Assembly (NCBI GenBank): GCA_027022365.1
Contig: JALVYU010000031.1
Coordinates: forward strand, 256,001-320,000
DNA: 64,000 nt
Direction: 5' to 3'
Source of the DNA: Desulfurococcales archaeon
Lineage (GTDB): Archaea; Thermoproteota; Thermoprotei_A; Sulfolobales; Desulfurococcaceae
Shown here: positions 18,571 to 29,415 of the stretch, one piece after another
Position numbering within the stretch: the stretch's first letter is position 1
Layout: each line of letters begins with the position of its first letter
Program-made: the position numbers and the translations under genes
The notes under the pieces: generated by a model
Databases searched by the model: none
Seen by the model: the letters and a program-made list of their open reading frames with translations, nothing else
Told to the model about the DNA's origin: nothing

Positions 18571-19584
18571 TTGCCAGCAGTCATCGAGGCTAGTGATCTC
18601 CACAAGACCTATATCGAGAAGCGAGGCCTAATCCATAGAAAAGTGAGAAGGGTAGAGGCGCTTAAGGGCATAAGTTTCAAGGTGGAAAAAGGCACTGTAT
18701 TCGGTCTACTTGGACCGAATGGTGCGGGGAAGACAACGACCGTCAAAATACTGAGCACCCTACTTATACCTGACAAGGGAAGAGCCTGGATAATGGGTTA
18801 TGATGCCCTAGAAGAACCAGAGAATGTAAGAGAAATAATAGGTGTTTCCCTGAGTGTTGAGCGTGGATTCTTCTGGAAGCTCACAGGCTATGAAAACCTA
18901 AAATACTTCGGGATGCTGCGGGGCCTTAGCGGCCGTGAGCTGGACAAGAGGATAAGGGAGCTCATGGATCTTCTAGGCCTACTAGAGCTTGGAGCAGACA
19001 CTAAGTTCTATGAAGACTTCAGCTTGGGCATGAAGGCGAGGCTGAGTCTTGCACGGGCCCTCATACATGACCCTCCCGTACTAATATTGGATGAACCAAC
19101 CCTAGGCCTCGACCCTGCGAGCTCGAGGCATATAAGGAACCTTATCGTCCGACTGACGCATGAGGAGGGGAAGACAGTCCTCATCACAAGCCACAATATG
19201 TGGGAGGTAGAGGTCATATGCGACTATGTTGCGATAATCAATAAGGGAAGAATAATAGCGATGGGCACAGTGCCTGAGCTAAAGAGAATGGTCAGCAGAG
19301 AAATACCTATTGAAATAACGAGCTATGCAGGAAAACTTGTCTCGGAGGACATTCTCGAGAAGATCGTAAGAGAGACTCTCGGCATCGAACGTGTAGCTGT
19401 TAAGATGGATAAGCAGGGGAAAGTAAGGATCAGAATATTGGTTGAGAACGGCATGGAGGACAGTGTTGTGAACAAGGCGCTCGAAATTCTTAGAGCCAAG
19501 GGGCTCAGGATCCTCGAGGCAAGGATCATGGAGCCTAGCTTAGAGGATGTATTTATCAAGCTGACCAGTGGTGCTAGGTCTTGA
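18571..19584 (+). CDS. ABC exporter ATP-binding subunit (DrrA-like)
   Basis: GPNGAGKTT, FSLGM, ILDEPT, SHNM, EPSLEDVF. Confidence 0.95.
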   Translation: MPAVIEASDLHKTYIEKRGLIHRKVRRVEALKGISFKVEKGTVFGLLGPNGAGKTTTVKILSTLLIPDKGRAWIMGYDALEEPENVREIIGVSLSVERGFFWKLTGYENLKYFGMLRGLSGRELDKRIRELMDLLGLLELGADTKFYEDFSLGMKARLSLARALIHDPPVLILDEPTLGLDPASSRHIRNLIVRLTHEEGKTVLITSHNMWEVEVICDYVAIINKGRIIAMGTVPELKRMVSREIPIEITSYAGKLVSEDILEKIVRETLGIERVAVKMDKQGKVRIRILVENGMEDSVVNKALEILRAKGLRILEARIMEPSLEDVFIKLTSGARS

Positions 19585-20399
19585 GCGAGCTAAGATACGC
19601 CAAGATGATAGTGAAGGCAGAGTTCTACGCGTATATGTGCTGGCTGAAGAACAACAAGCTATTCGCATTTATGACTCTCGCTTGGCCATATCTCATGGCA
19701 GCCTTTATACTCGGGCTCGGCACTGCTCTGGGGAGTCTCTCTGTTTTTGCTTCCAAGGTGGGTGTAGGAGACCCGATATTCTACATTGTATTGGCGAGCG
19801 GGGTACTTGTCTCGAGCATCAACGTGGTAGATTATTCTGCGTGGACACTCATCGACCTGAAGTGGCTGGGAGTGCTTCCATATATCATGGCTTCGCCTCC
19901 AGGCCTTAGGCGTGTAACGATGTACGGCTTGATTATACCGGCAATGATAAGTAGCGCGATAAGCCTGACGGCCGTTGCGCCCGTCGCTGTGTTCACTGAG
20001 GGACCACTAGGACTCGTCAAGGTCGTCGTGGTTCTCGGCCTTGTTTATCTCGCCACGATACCTCTAATCGGGATAGCGGTGATCGCGGGGAGCCTCTCGC
20101 TGATATTCAAGGAGGAGAGCTTCGTGTCTTTTCTGAGCCCACTAATGCTGCTTGTTAGCGGTGTTTACTACCCCATAACATTTCTCCCCAAGATACTCCA
20201 GGTTTTCTCCTACATAGTGCCCGTGACGTATGTTGTGGAGGCCGCGAAGATATTGTCGGTCTACGGTGTACCCCCGTTTGACAAGCTCTTCTGGATAATA
20301 GGGGTACTCGTCGCAATGAGCATATCATACAATCTAATAGCGTACCCCGGCCTCAGGAGTGTGGAGAAGAATGTCAGGAAGCACGGCATATCTACGTAA
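19581..20399 (+). CDS. ABC-2 type permease
   Basis: About six TM helices; SGVYYPITFLP...PVTY. Confidence 0.88.
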   Translation: MSELRYAKMIVKAEFYAYMCWLKNNKLFAFMTLAWPYLMAAFILGLGTALGSLSVFASKVGVGDPIFYIVLASGVLVSSINVVDYSAWTLIDLKWLGVLPYIMASPPGLRRVTMYGLIIPAMISSAISLTAVAPVAVFTEGPLGLVKVVVVLGLVYLATIPLIGIAVIAGSLSLIFKEESFVSFLSPLMLLVSGVYYPITFLPKILQVFSYIVPVTYVVEAAKILSVYGVPPFDKLFWIIGVLVAMSISYNLIAYPGLRSVEKNVRKHGIST

Positions 20400-21186
20400 A
20401 GCCCTGGCGATCGTGTGGCTTCATCTTGTGAGGCTGCACAGGTACAAGCTGGGATTCATGAATATGATACTTACCGACATGATATGGTATATCCTGTTGG
20501 CCCTAGGAGCCCTAGCGTTTTCCCCGGCCGGATCTCATAGCGTGACAGCAGTCATTATCTTCTGGGGAATAGTGATGTGGAGCATCATGAACAACACCAT
20601 ATGGCTTATTGTGGGCTGGGTAAGATTTGTTCTCGCGTGGCGTATATTTGAGGATCACATTCTCCACAATACAAACCCCATATTACTGATAAGCGGGAGA
20701 ATAATTACATCAACAATAGTTACAGCGACGGCCGTACCCGTGATCGCTATAGCCTTCTACTTCCTAACCGGGGCGCCGATAATTTTCGTAAAGAATATAG
20801 GGCTCATGGCACTAGGCATAGTACTCCTGATTATCTATGCAGCCCTCTATAGCATGATGCTTGTATGCTTGTCTCTAAGGCTAAGAATACCTGGTGCAAT
20901 GCTGGATATCACGAACATCGCTATGTTCGTGATAGGAGGCCTCGGAGTCCCCCTAGCATGGATGGCGCCTATCATCAGGAATATAGCGTTCTTCATACCA
21001 TACACCTACGCGGCAGAAATTGCAAGAGCCGGAATAGCTGGTATAGAGCCTTATTTCGGCCTCACGGGTACACTATCTATCGGCGGGATATATATGGCGA
21101 TAATGCTCCTTACCACAATTGTCGTTATAAAGTATAGTATTGATTATATTAGGAGGCATGGCGTAAAAGGAGTCGGCATGATGTAA
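20359..21186 (+). CDS. ABC-2 type permease (second subunit)
   Basis: About six TM helices; GG..VPL.WM...IPYTYAAE. Confidence 0.85.
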   Translation: MWRRMSGSTAYLRKALAIVWLHLVRLHRYKLGFMNMILTDMIWYILLALGALAFSPAGSHSVTAVIIFWGIVMWSIMNNTIWLIVGWVRFVLAWRIFEDHILHNTNPILLISGRIITSTIVTATAVPVIAIAFYFLTGAPIIFVKNIGLMALGIVLLIIYAALYSMMLVCLSLRLRIPGAMLDITNIAMFVIGGLGVPLAWMAPIIRNIAFFIPYTYAAEIARAGIAGIEPYFGLTGTLSIGGIYMAIMLLTTIVVIKYSIDYIRRHGVKGVGMM

Positions 21187-21273
21187 TAGTAATTAGACGG
21201 TGGCTTACGCTATTTATTCTCGCTCAGTACTAATTATGGTTCTAGAAAAGCAAACGTAACAACACGATAAACG

Positions 21274-22149
21274 GTGCCAGGGTTGAGGCCTAGGCTTCTA
21301 ACGGACTGGCTGGGAATGCTGAGGATAGGCAACGCTGTAGTAATAGGATTTGCAGCCATAACCGGGTACGTGGTAAGCGGCGGGCACCATCTCTGGGAGG
21401 CTCTACTCCTAGCGCTGTCAGCAACACTGATCGGATGTTATGGGAACGTTATAAATGATGTACTCGATGTAGAGATAGATAGGATCAATAAGCCGTGGAG
21501 GCCGCTTCCATCCGGACGGATAAGTCTCTCCTCGGCGAAAACCGGTGCAGCCATACTTCTCATAGCAGGTATAGCTTTATCACTGCTCCTACCACCTGTC
21601 TGCCCGGTCATAGCAGTCATTGCATCGGTTCTCCTCTACGCCTACTCATGGAGGGTCAAGAAGACAGGGTTTCCAGGGAACCTAGTTATAGCATTTCTAT
21701 CATTCATGGTCGTCGTATACGGCGGCCTCGCAGGCCCCGATCCGGGCAGATCACTAGTTCCCGGCCTATATGCCTTCTTCATAATACTCGGTAGAGAAAT
21801 ATACAAGGGTGTAGAGGACGTTGAGGGCGATCGGCGCCATGGGGTTAAGACCATAGCGGCAAGCCTCGGCGTGAAACCGGCTGTGATCATGGGGACAATA
21901 CTATTGTTCACAGTTGTAGCCATCAGTCCCTTCCCTTATTTCTACATGGGGATGAACATAGCATATCTACTATCAGCTTTCATAGGCGTGGATCTACCTA
22001 TTATAATCGCTTTTATAAAGATCATTAAGAACCCTGTCAAACATGCTTGGACATCAACCCGTATCCTTAAGATCCCCTTGTTCATGGGTCTTCTCGCCTT
22101 CTTTCTCGGCTCACTACCTTTAAATCACAGCTATCTACAGTTCACATAA
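21274..22149 (+). CDS. Digeranylgeranylglyceryl-phosphate synthase (UbiA family)
   Basis: NDVLDVEIDRINKPWRPLPSG, GNLVIA, REIYKGVEDVEGD. Confidence 0.88.
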   Translation: MPGLRPRLLTDWLGMLRIGNAVVIGFAAITGYVVSGGHHLWEALLLALSATLIGCYGNVINDVLDVEIDRINKPWRPLPSGRISLSSAKTGAAILLIAGIALSLLLPPVCPVIAVIASVLLYAYSWRVKKTGFPGNLVIAFLSFMVVVYGGLAGPDPGRSLVPGLYAFFIILGREIYKGVEDVEGDRRHGVKTIAASLGVKPAVIMGTILLFTVVAISPFPYFYMGMNIAYLLSAFIGVDLPIIIAFIKIIKNPVKHAWTSTRILKIPLFMGLLAFFLGSLPLNHSYLQFT

Positions 22150-22394
22150 TACATAGCTTCATAAAACACTGCCAATATTGGGTAATGATAACTAAAAGCA
22201 GGCTTTATGCTACCCGTATTGAAATACGTAGGCCCAAAAGGAACAACCCGTCAAAGGAGCGTGATGAATTAATGAGGATATACGGGCGTAACATTACATA
22301 CAGTATCAGCATACCTGATATTCTTGAAAGGCATAAAAGAAACACTATAACACAGAAAGCTACAGTCTAAGTGTTTCCGCCCCTATAATTAAAA

Positions 22395-23012
22395 GTGTCT
22401 GGTGAAAACGCTTTGACCACGAAAGAAGATGTGTTGAAGGAAATAAAGCGGAAATCAATACATGTGATCCCCGGGTTCTTCGCTATACCCTTTATTGAAT
22501 GGCTGGGCAAACCATACGCATTAGCTGTCAGCATCTTTTTCTTCACATTATATGCTCTAAACGAATATGCATTGAGAAAGGGTAAGAAGTGGAGTGTACC
22601 TATAGCGGGCCATACCTTCAAGATCATGGCCAGAAAAGAAGAGCTTGAAAAGAGAACTTTTATCGGCACTGTTTACTTCTGGGGACTAACGATACTGATC
22701 ATCGCTTTTCTACCCCCGGCCCAAGCGGCAGCCGCTATCATGATATCGAGTTTCGGGGACGCCGCAGCAGCGATCATAGGTAAGGCTATCGGTGGTCCCC
22801 GCATACCGTATAATAAGAGAAAGACCTTGGCGGGATCGATCGCTATGTTTCTAGTGTCGGTAGCCAGCTGTATAGTGGCTGGGGTACAGCTATATTCAGG
22901 CCTCCTAGCGTCGGGTATCTCCACGATCGCGGAATCGATGACGAGAATATCTGTTAATGACGAGATAACTGTCCCGGTAATAGCGAGTATTTCCCTCTAC
23001 ATATTAGGATGA
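22395..23012 (+). CDS. CTP-dependent polyprenol/lipid kinase family (dolichol/phytol/DAG kinase-like)
   Basis: RKSIH, FGDAAAAIIGK, KTLAGS, AES...NDEITVP. Confidence 0.8.
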   Translation: MSGENALTTKEDVLKEIKRKSIHVIPGFFAIPFIEWLGKPYALAVSIFFFTLYALNEYALRKGKKWSVPIAGHTFKIMARKEELEKRTFIGTVYFWGLTILIIAFLPPAQAAAAIMISSFGDAAAAIIGKAIGGPRIPYNKRKTLAGSIAMFLVSVASCIVAGVQLYSGLLASGISTIAESMTRISVNDEITVPVIASISLYILG

Positions 23013-23334
23013 GCCTTGTTATCCCGACTATTTATGGGAACCATGTATTACTCATAGCAAATTATTCGCTGAGAGGATTAATAACAAGTTATCAAGCCCC
23101 CACTATGAAGGGCCTTGAGAATTCCTTGTACTGCATAAATACAATGATCAAAGGTTTTTGAAATACATAACGTGAAACAAAGGAGTGTAATTTTGTCTAA
23201 ATAACTAGTAAAAACGGTGGGTGAAAACAGGCATAAGTACACGTAAACAAATTACTTAGAAAACACAGAATAATCTTCGGGCCTACTATCTCTATTGTGC
23301 AGAGTTAATAGCTCCTCAGTTGTGGGTCGACCCT

Positions 23335-24078
23335 ATGGCCTCGGACAAGATCTATGAATACTACGTGAAAGTACAAGAAATTATCAAAAAGATCTACAGC
23401 GCCGAAAAACATAACATCTTAAAATCAGCTGAAATGTTTGCAGATGCGTTGATCTCTGATCATATCATCCACGTGGCTGGAGCAGGGCACTCGGCTATGG
23501 CTGGAGAAGAACTATTCTATAGGGCTGGAGGCCTTGTCCCCGTGGATCCTATGATAGGGAATGATATAACAATAAGTTCAGGAGCCATCAAGTCGACAAT
23601 GATGGAGTCTGTCGTAGGCTATGCTAAGGTATTGCTGAACCATCATAACGTCGGGAGAGACGATGTAGTATTAATAGTATCGACGAGCGGGAAGAACCAG
23701 TTCCCCGTAGAAATGGCTGTTGAGGCCAAAAACCTTGGTGCAAAAACAATAGGCATAACGAGCGTTAAGTACTCGGAGACGCTCGAGCCGAAGAACACTT
23801 ATGGTAAAAGGCTCTTCGAGGTCGTAGATATTGTGATAGACAACCACGTTCCACCCGGCGATGCATCTGTGGAATACGAGGGCTTCCCAATGAAAACCTC
23901 GCCCCTGTCAACAATAGCTAATACATTTATTGTCAACTCTATCGTTGCACAGACAACTCAGATCTTGCTAGAAAAAGGTGTTGAACCACCTGTATGGCTA
24001 AGCGCTCATCTGCCAGGTGCTATGGAGCACAACTTGGAGTTACTCGAAAAATATAGAGGAAGGATCAGGCTGTTATAA
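23335..24078 (+). CDS. Stand-alone SIS sugar-phosphate protein, UPF0309 (NagS-like) family
   Basis: GAGHSAMAGEELFYRAGG, STSGKN..PVEMA, DNHVPPGDA, PPVWLS. Confidence 0.8.
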   Translation: MASDKIYEYYVKVQEIIKKIYSAEKHNILKSAEMFADALISDHIIHVAGAGHSAMAGEELFYRAGGLVPVDPMIGNDITISSGAIKSTMMESVVGYAKVLLNHHNVGRDDVVLIVSTSGKNQFPVEMAVEAKNLGAKTIGITSVKYSETLEPKNTYGKRLFEVVDIVIDNHVPPGDASVEYEGFPMKTSPLSTIANTFIVNSIVAQTTQILLEKGVEPPVWLSAHLPGAMEHNLELLEKYRGRIRLL

Positions 24079-24183
24079 GCGGTTTTAAATTATGGATTTA
24101 AGTCTTCAATTCCCTAGTGGAGTCTTAAGATTTGGAGGTAAAATGATTCATTAAAATTGCTATGACCAACGCGGTGAGGGAAC

Positions 24184-25359
24184 GTGGCGAGAGAACTTGT
24201 TATTAGACATGCTAGAATCTATACTCCATTAACAGTCATTAGAGAAGGGTATATCGTTGTCGAAGAAGACGCTATAGCAGAAATCGGCAGAGAGCCCTAT
24301 TCGGGAACAATATCCGACCAATTACACGCGGAAGGACTAATAATTGCACCGGGATTCATCGATACACATATTCACGGTTATGGCGGAAGGGATACTGATG
24401 AAGCAGACGTAGAAGCAATATATACGATATCGAAGGGCTTGGTCAAGCATGGTGTGACAAGCTTCGTCCCATCCTCTGTCACTATGCCTCATGAAGCCCT
24501 AGTCGAAATTGCTAAGTCGATCAAAGAAGCGAGGGAGCAGTGGAAGCCTGAAATAGGGGCGAGAGTACTGGGCCTCCACCTTGAAGGACCGTATCTAAGT
24601 GTGGAGAAGGCAGGTGCTCAGAACAAGGAATATATAAGGCCTGCTTCAATCAAGGAGCTGAAACAATACATTGAGGCTAGCGGAGGACTAATAAGACAAA
24701 TAACCGTTGCACCAGAAAATCCCGGCGCACTAGACCTGATAACATATGCTGTATCTCAAGGCATAACAGTATCCATAGGTCATACAAACGCTACCTACGA
24801 GCAGACAAGACTAGCCATCGAGAGAGGAGCAAGGAAGTCAACACATACATTTAACGGTATGAGGGGAATACATCATCGCGAACCAGGCCCGGTTATCGTC
24901 GTTCTCGAAGATAATAGTGTCTATATCGAGCTAATCACCGACTTCATCCACATAAGTCCTCCCGTAGTCAAGTTCGTGATAAGACATGTTGGGCCATACA
25001 GGATGGTCCTCATATCGGACTCAATATGTGCAACGGGTCTCCCTGACGGTGCATACGAGTTAGGCGGGTTAAAGGTAATCGTTAAGAATGGCGTCCCAAG
25101 GCTTGCCGAAACCGGTGCCCTTGCTGGTAGTACATTGACTCTGGACCGTGCTGTAAGGAACGTTCATAGCCTGGGCTTCGATCTAGGAGAAACACTAGTT
25201 ATGGCCAGCTATACCCCGGCGGCATCTATTAACGCTCTCTGCAGGGATAAAGTAGGGTTGTTGGCGCCCGGGTTCAAGGCAGACCTTGTGTTTCTTGATG
25301 ATTCACTCAATGTTGTTAGGACAATGATTGGTGGAGAAATAGTTTATGAAAAGAGCTAA
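24184..25359 (+). CDS. nagA: N-acetylglucosamine-6-phosphate deacetylase
   Basis: PGFIDTHIHGYGG, HLEGPYL, GHTNA, THTFNGM, HHREPG, LAGSTL. Confidence 0.93.
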   Translation: MARELVIRHARIYTPLTVIREGYIVVEEDAIAEIGREPYSGTISDQLHAEGLIIAPGFIDTHIHGYGGRDTDEADVEAIYTISKGLVKHGVTSFVPSSVTMPHEALVEIAKSIKEAREQWKPEIGARVLGLHLEGPYLSVEKAGAQNKEYIRPASIKELKQYIEASGGLIRQITVAPENPGALDLITYAVSQGITVSIGHTNATYEQTRLAIERGARKSTHTFNGMRGIHHREPGPVIVVLEDNSVYIELITDFIHISPPVVKFVIRHVGPYRMVLISDSICATGLPDGAYELGGLKVIVKNGVPRLAETGALAGSTLTLDRAVRNVHSLGFDLGETLVMASYTPAASINALCRDKVGLLAPGFKADLVFLDDSLNVVRTMIGGEIVYEKS

Positions 25360-26750
25360 GGCGTTTTTTCAGTCTCTATAACTTTTTTCAGCCACCTACC
25401 ACTCCTTATCCAAGTCAATGATATTATTCCGGCAACTATATTGCTTATTGACATTCCCATGTAAATGCCGGTGCTGCCGAATCCTAGCAGTAGGGCTAGT
25501 AGGTAGCTCAGACCTATTCTCAGAATCCATAGCCTCACAATAGATATTACAGCGAATGCCCTGGTGTGACCAGATCCATTGGCTATTGCTCCCGCTACGA
25601 AGAATAAGCCGAAGAACGGTATGCTCCACACGAATATGCTTATGAGCCGCGAACCCTCAGCTATGACCATCGGGTCATTAATGAATATGGATACAAGGCC
25701 CTCACGGAAGAAATAGATTAGGATCCCGCCTAGAACTAGGCTTGAAAATACGAGTAGCAATCCGGTCTCTGATATCTTCCTAGCTCTATCGTATTTCTCT
25801 GCACCGATGTTCTGCCCAATCATGATCGACACGGCTCTACTGATTGATCCAACAAACGCCGTCAGGATGTCTATGATCCTGATCGCCACGCCATAAGCCG
25901 CTACAACAACACTGCCAAACATGCTTACGAGGCTCATCATGACCGTGAAGCCCAGCGCATTGCTGCTCTGCTGTATTGCGAGCGGTGTACCTATACGAAA
26001 TATTTTCTTGAGCCACCACTTCTCGATACGCATGTATTTCAGCTCTATCTTCACTCCCCTGATCCCTTTTGCGAGAAAGTATCCGCCGATAATGCTAAGA
26101 AGAGATCTTGAAAGTATTGTCGCGACAGCTGCACCTACAACACCTAGTTGGGGGGCATCTAGTAACCCAAATATCAGTACGGGATCGAGGATCATGTTGG
26201 CTATACTAGAAATTATGCTTAGCATTGTCGGTGTCCTGGTGTCCCCCATGCTATTTGCTATAATCATGTACGCGAAGCCAAGGAAAACAAGGGGGATCCC
26301 GATGAAAATAGTCCTTGTGTATTGTACGGCTAATGGATAGATATTCTTGGGGACATGCATCCATGAGAGGAAATATGGGCTGCCAACATATCCTACTAGA
26401 CTGAATGTCACGGCTAAAATAAGCGCGAACCCGACAAACATGCTCGCGGATTTTTTAACCATTACCTCGTCTCCTGCACCATGATACTGGCTTATCAAGC
26501 TTATCGCGGCATTCATATAGCCTAGCCCGACCGAGTAGACAAGCATTATTAGCGGCCAGGAGACAGTGGGTGCTCCGAACGCGTACCGGCCAAGGCGTCC
26601 AAGCCATAGTGCGTCCACCAGATTATAGGATATGTTAACTAGGTTTGCTAGGAAGACAGGCCAGGCTAGCCACAGGACTGTACGTAGTATTGGTGCCTCC
26701 AGTATTCTTTGTCTGAAAATCCTTGTCCTAGCATCCATCTGCGGCACCAA
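25356..26750 (-). CDS. MATE-family efflux transporter
   Basis: YNLVDALWLGRLG, GDTRTP, NMILDPVLIFG, GVVGAAVAT, GQNIGA. Confidence 0.93.
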   Translation of the reverse strand: MVPQMDARTRIFRQRILEAPILRTVLWLAWPVFLANLVNISYNLVDALWLGRLGRYAFGAPTVSWPLIMLVYSVGLGYMNAAISLISQYHGAGDEVMVKKSASMFVGFALILAVTFSLVGYVGSPYFLSWMHVPKNIYPLAVQYTRTIFIGIPLVFLGFAYMIIANSMGDTRTPTMLSIISSIANMILDPVLIFGLLDAPQLGVVGAAVATILSRSLLSIIGGYFLAKGIRGVKIELKYMRIEKWWLKKIFRIGTPLAIQQSSNALGFTVMMSLVSMFGSVVVAAYGVAIRIIDILTAFVGSISRAVSIMIGQNIGAEKYDRARKISETGLLLVFSSLVLGGILIYFFREGLVSIFINDPMVIAEGSRLISIFVWSIPFFGLFFVAGAIANGSGHTRAFAVISIVRLWILRIGLSYLLALLLGFGSTGIYMGMSISNIVAGIISLTWIRSGRWLKKVIETEKTP

Positions 26751-26913
26751 TAATACGGTGTTATATAGAGCATAGTTGACCTGGTCGAAAAATACGGTTC
26801 ATGAGTCCTAATAATAGTATCTCTATAACTGATGAGTACCCATGATAAATTTGATAAATTGTTCAAAACATAGCAAGAAGTGTACCTAGACCTATTACGG
26901 GGTGATACCCTTC

Positions 26914-28023
26914 ATGAGCTATAGAACAGATAAGGACAAGCTCTTCCAAACCCTAAAGAAGCTGACAGACGTGCCATCGCCATCCGGGTTCGAGGACAAA
27001 ATACGAGAAGTAGTGATCGAGGAGCTGAAGCCCTACGCCGACAAGATATGGGTAGACAGCATGGGAAATGTAATCGCCCTAAAGAAGGGATCCGGGGAAG
27101 GAAAACTGATGCTTGCCGCACACATGGACGAGATCGCGCTCATGGTGAAAGCCATCGATAAGAACGGGTTCATAAGATTCGTACCCATAGGAGGCTGGTC
27201 TCCCAGAATACTCCCAGGCCAGAGAGTCGTAATAGTGACTCTAGACGGTAAGACGATCAGAGGGGTGATCGGTAGCAAGCCTCCGCACATCATGAAGCCC
27301 GAGGAGCAGAACAAGGTCATCCCAATACACGAGCTATTCATAGACATCGGCGTAACGAGTAGAGAGGAAGCCGAGAAGCTCGGAGTAACCATAGGCAGTG
27401 TCATTGTAATGGATAGAGAGACCGTGAGGATAGGGAATGGCGACATAGTTACTGGTAGAGCACTGGACGATAAAATCGGAGTAGCTGTAATGATTGAATC
27501 ATTCAAAGAGCTCGAGAACCCAGCAGTAGATGTTTACGCCGTGGCCACAGTACAGGAAGAAGTGGGGCTAAAGGGAGCAAGGACGGCCGCCTACAGCATT
27601 TCCCCCGACCTAGCAATAGCCCTCGATGTTACAGTAGCCTCGGACATACCAGGTGTACCGGAGGAGGACTACGTGACGAGAGTTGGGAAGGGCCCAGCAA
27701 TCAAGATAATGGATGGTAGAGCGGGGACAGGGCAGATAGTGCCTAAACCAATAAGGGACCTACTGATTAGGACCGCCAAGGAGGATAATATACCGTACCA
27801 GCTCGAAGTACTGCCTGGCGGAACAACCGATGCTGCGGCAATACAGCTGACTAAATCCGGTATTCCTGCCGGCACGGTGAGCATACCGACGAGATATCTG
27901 CACAGCCCCGTAGAGCTACTGAGCCTTGAAGACAGCTTCAATGCGGTTCGATTGATCAACGGGTTCATTAAGAGGCTAAATAAGGACTGGGTAAACAATG
28001 TCCTCAGACGCGAAGTCAAATAA
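26914..28023 (+). CDS. M42-family (TET) aminopeptidase
   Basis: PSGFE, AAHMDEI, ALDDKIG, QEEVGLKGA, GGTTDA, RYLHSPVE. Confidence 0.93.
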   Translation: MSYRTDKDKLFQTLKKLTDVPSPSGFEDKIREVVIEELKPYADKIWVDSMGNVIALKKGSGEGKLMLAAHMDEIALMVKAIDKNGFIRFVPIGGWSPRILPGQRVVIVTLDGKTIRGVIGSKPPHIMKPEEQNKVIPIHELFIDIGVTSREEAEKLGVTIGSVIVMDRETVRIGNGDIVTGRALDDKIGVAVMIESFKELENPAVDVYAVATVQEEVGLKGARTAAYSISPDLAIALDVTVASDIPGVPEEDYVTRVGKGPAIKIMDGRAGTGQIVPKPIRDLLIRTAKEDNIPYQLEVLPGGTTDAAAIQLTKSGIPAGTVSIPTRYLHSPVELLSLEDSFNAVRLINGFIKRLNKDWVNNVLRREVK

Positions 28024-28071
28024 TGTTTTTATAGCACATTATATGCCCCTATCTATAAATGGTAAACAATC

Positions 28072-29394
28072 TTGGAGAAAAACACTAGACACAGGATAGT
28101 GCTCGTATCACTCATTATGGCTGGTCTAGTAATAAGGTCTATTCTAGCCCCATATACTACCGGGAGCGATATAGCCCAGTTCGCCGGCTTCGCGGATACC
28201 TTCCTGAGACACGGCATTTGCTTCTACAAGTATAGCGGCTCTGCCTCCTTCATCGCCGAAAACTGGCCATACGATTGGCCCTACGTATATGGTCCGCCAC
28301 TCATATTGTTTCTTGGATTGCTCCGATTATTCGTTCATGATAAAGTGATCCACTACTATGACACATTAGGCCATTATTACGTCTACGTACCAGTGAATTG
28401 GATCGTAGCTTGCAAGGCATTATTCATACTATTCGATACCCTGTCGGCGATCATGGTATATCTGATAATAAAGAGGATTACGGGTCGTGCCAGTAAGGCG
28501 CTGCTCGGCATGACTGTATACTACTTCAACCCAATGACAATCTATGTATCATCCATATATGGGATGTTCGACCCAATAGCATTCTTCTTCCTGCTAGCAT
28601 CACTATACTTCATAATCAACAACAAGAGAATTCTGGGCGCTCTTTCAATGGGGTTATCGCTGGTAATTAAGCAAACAATGTTATTTCCGACAATCTATTA
28701 TTTGTTGTATACTCTCCGGAGCGACGGTATAAAGAGATCCATTAGGGATGCTGTACTAATAGTCCTTCCCGGAATAGTTTTCATGGTTCCTTTCATGCTT
28801 TGCCCTAGATCGATGGATGTTTTTCTAGAGGATCTAAAGATGGTCAGTAACCCGTCATATACTTATCCTATATCATATAGCTTTAACGGATTTTCGAGCC
28901 TAGCCACCTACCTTAACAGCATAAGCGGTTCAAACACATTATGGGTTATAAAATACTGGTTCGTTCCAGCACTATTACTGACGATAGTTTATGTTTTCGT
29001 GCTCGCGAGAAAAGGAGGTGATCCGCTGTTATCTATTGTCATAGGATATCTGGTCTACATCGCTACCTATTGGAGGATTAATGCACAGTACTTATTGCCT
29101 GCTATAGGGCTCCTGGCTGTAGCGTTTTTTCACCCCCTAATAACTGGTAGGGCAAGAATAGCTGTAGCGGCATCCATATTCCTCATCGGATTCTGGCCCA
29201 TAATGTTCCCGACGAGCTGGTGGGCACACGTACATATAAGGAGCCCCAATATGTTAATCTGGAGGCTTCTAGACTTCTTCAGCTTGATGGTGTTTGATCG
29301 CCTATACTATGTCTGCTACAGTATACTATTGACATTAACACTTTATGTTACCATAATCACATTAATATCTAGAATACATAGAAGAATAATATAG
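28072..29394 (+). CDS. GT-C-type polytopic glycosyltransferase (GT87/DUF2029-like)
   Basis: GSD after TM1, YVYGPP, FNP...SSIYGMFD, K in a TM, NAQY. Confidence 0.65.
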   Translation: MEKNTRHRIVLVSLIMAGLVIRSILAPYTTGSDIAQFAGFADTFLRHGICFYKYSGSASFIAENWPYDWPYVYGPPLILFLGLLRLFVHDKVIHYYDTLGHYYVYVPVNWIVACKALFILFDTLSAIMVYLIIKRITGRASKALLGMTVYYFNPMTIYVSSIYGMFDPIAFFFLLASLYFIINNKRILGALSMGLSLVIKQTMLFPTIYYLLYTLRSDGIKRSIRDAVLIVLPGIVFMVPFMLCPRSMDVFLEDLKMVSNPSYTYPISYSFNGFSSLATYLNSISGSNTLWVIKYWFVPALLLTIVYVFVLARKGGDPLLSIVIGYLVYIATYWRINAQYLLPAIGLLAVAFFHPLITGRARIAVAASIFLIGFWPIMFPTSWWAHVHIRSPNMLIWRLLDFFSLMVFDRLYYVCYSILLTLTLYVTIITLISRIHRRII

Positions 29395-29415
29395 GTCATC
29401 GCCTGACCGTAACCG

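Noticed and set aside
22185-22370. 61-aa ORF, or a C/D-box sRNA (GTGATGA at 22261, CTGA at 22315)
   Set aside because: The ORF has no recognisable motif or good SD. The sRNA candidate lacks internal C'/D' boxes and I could not identify a guide target.
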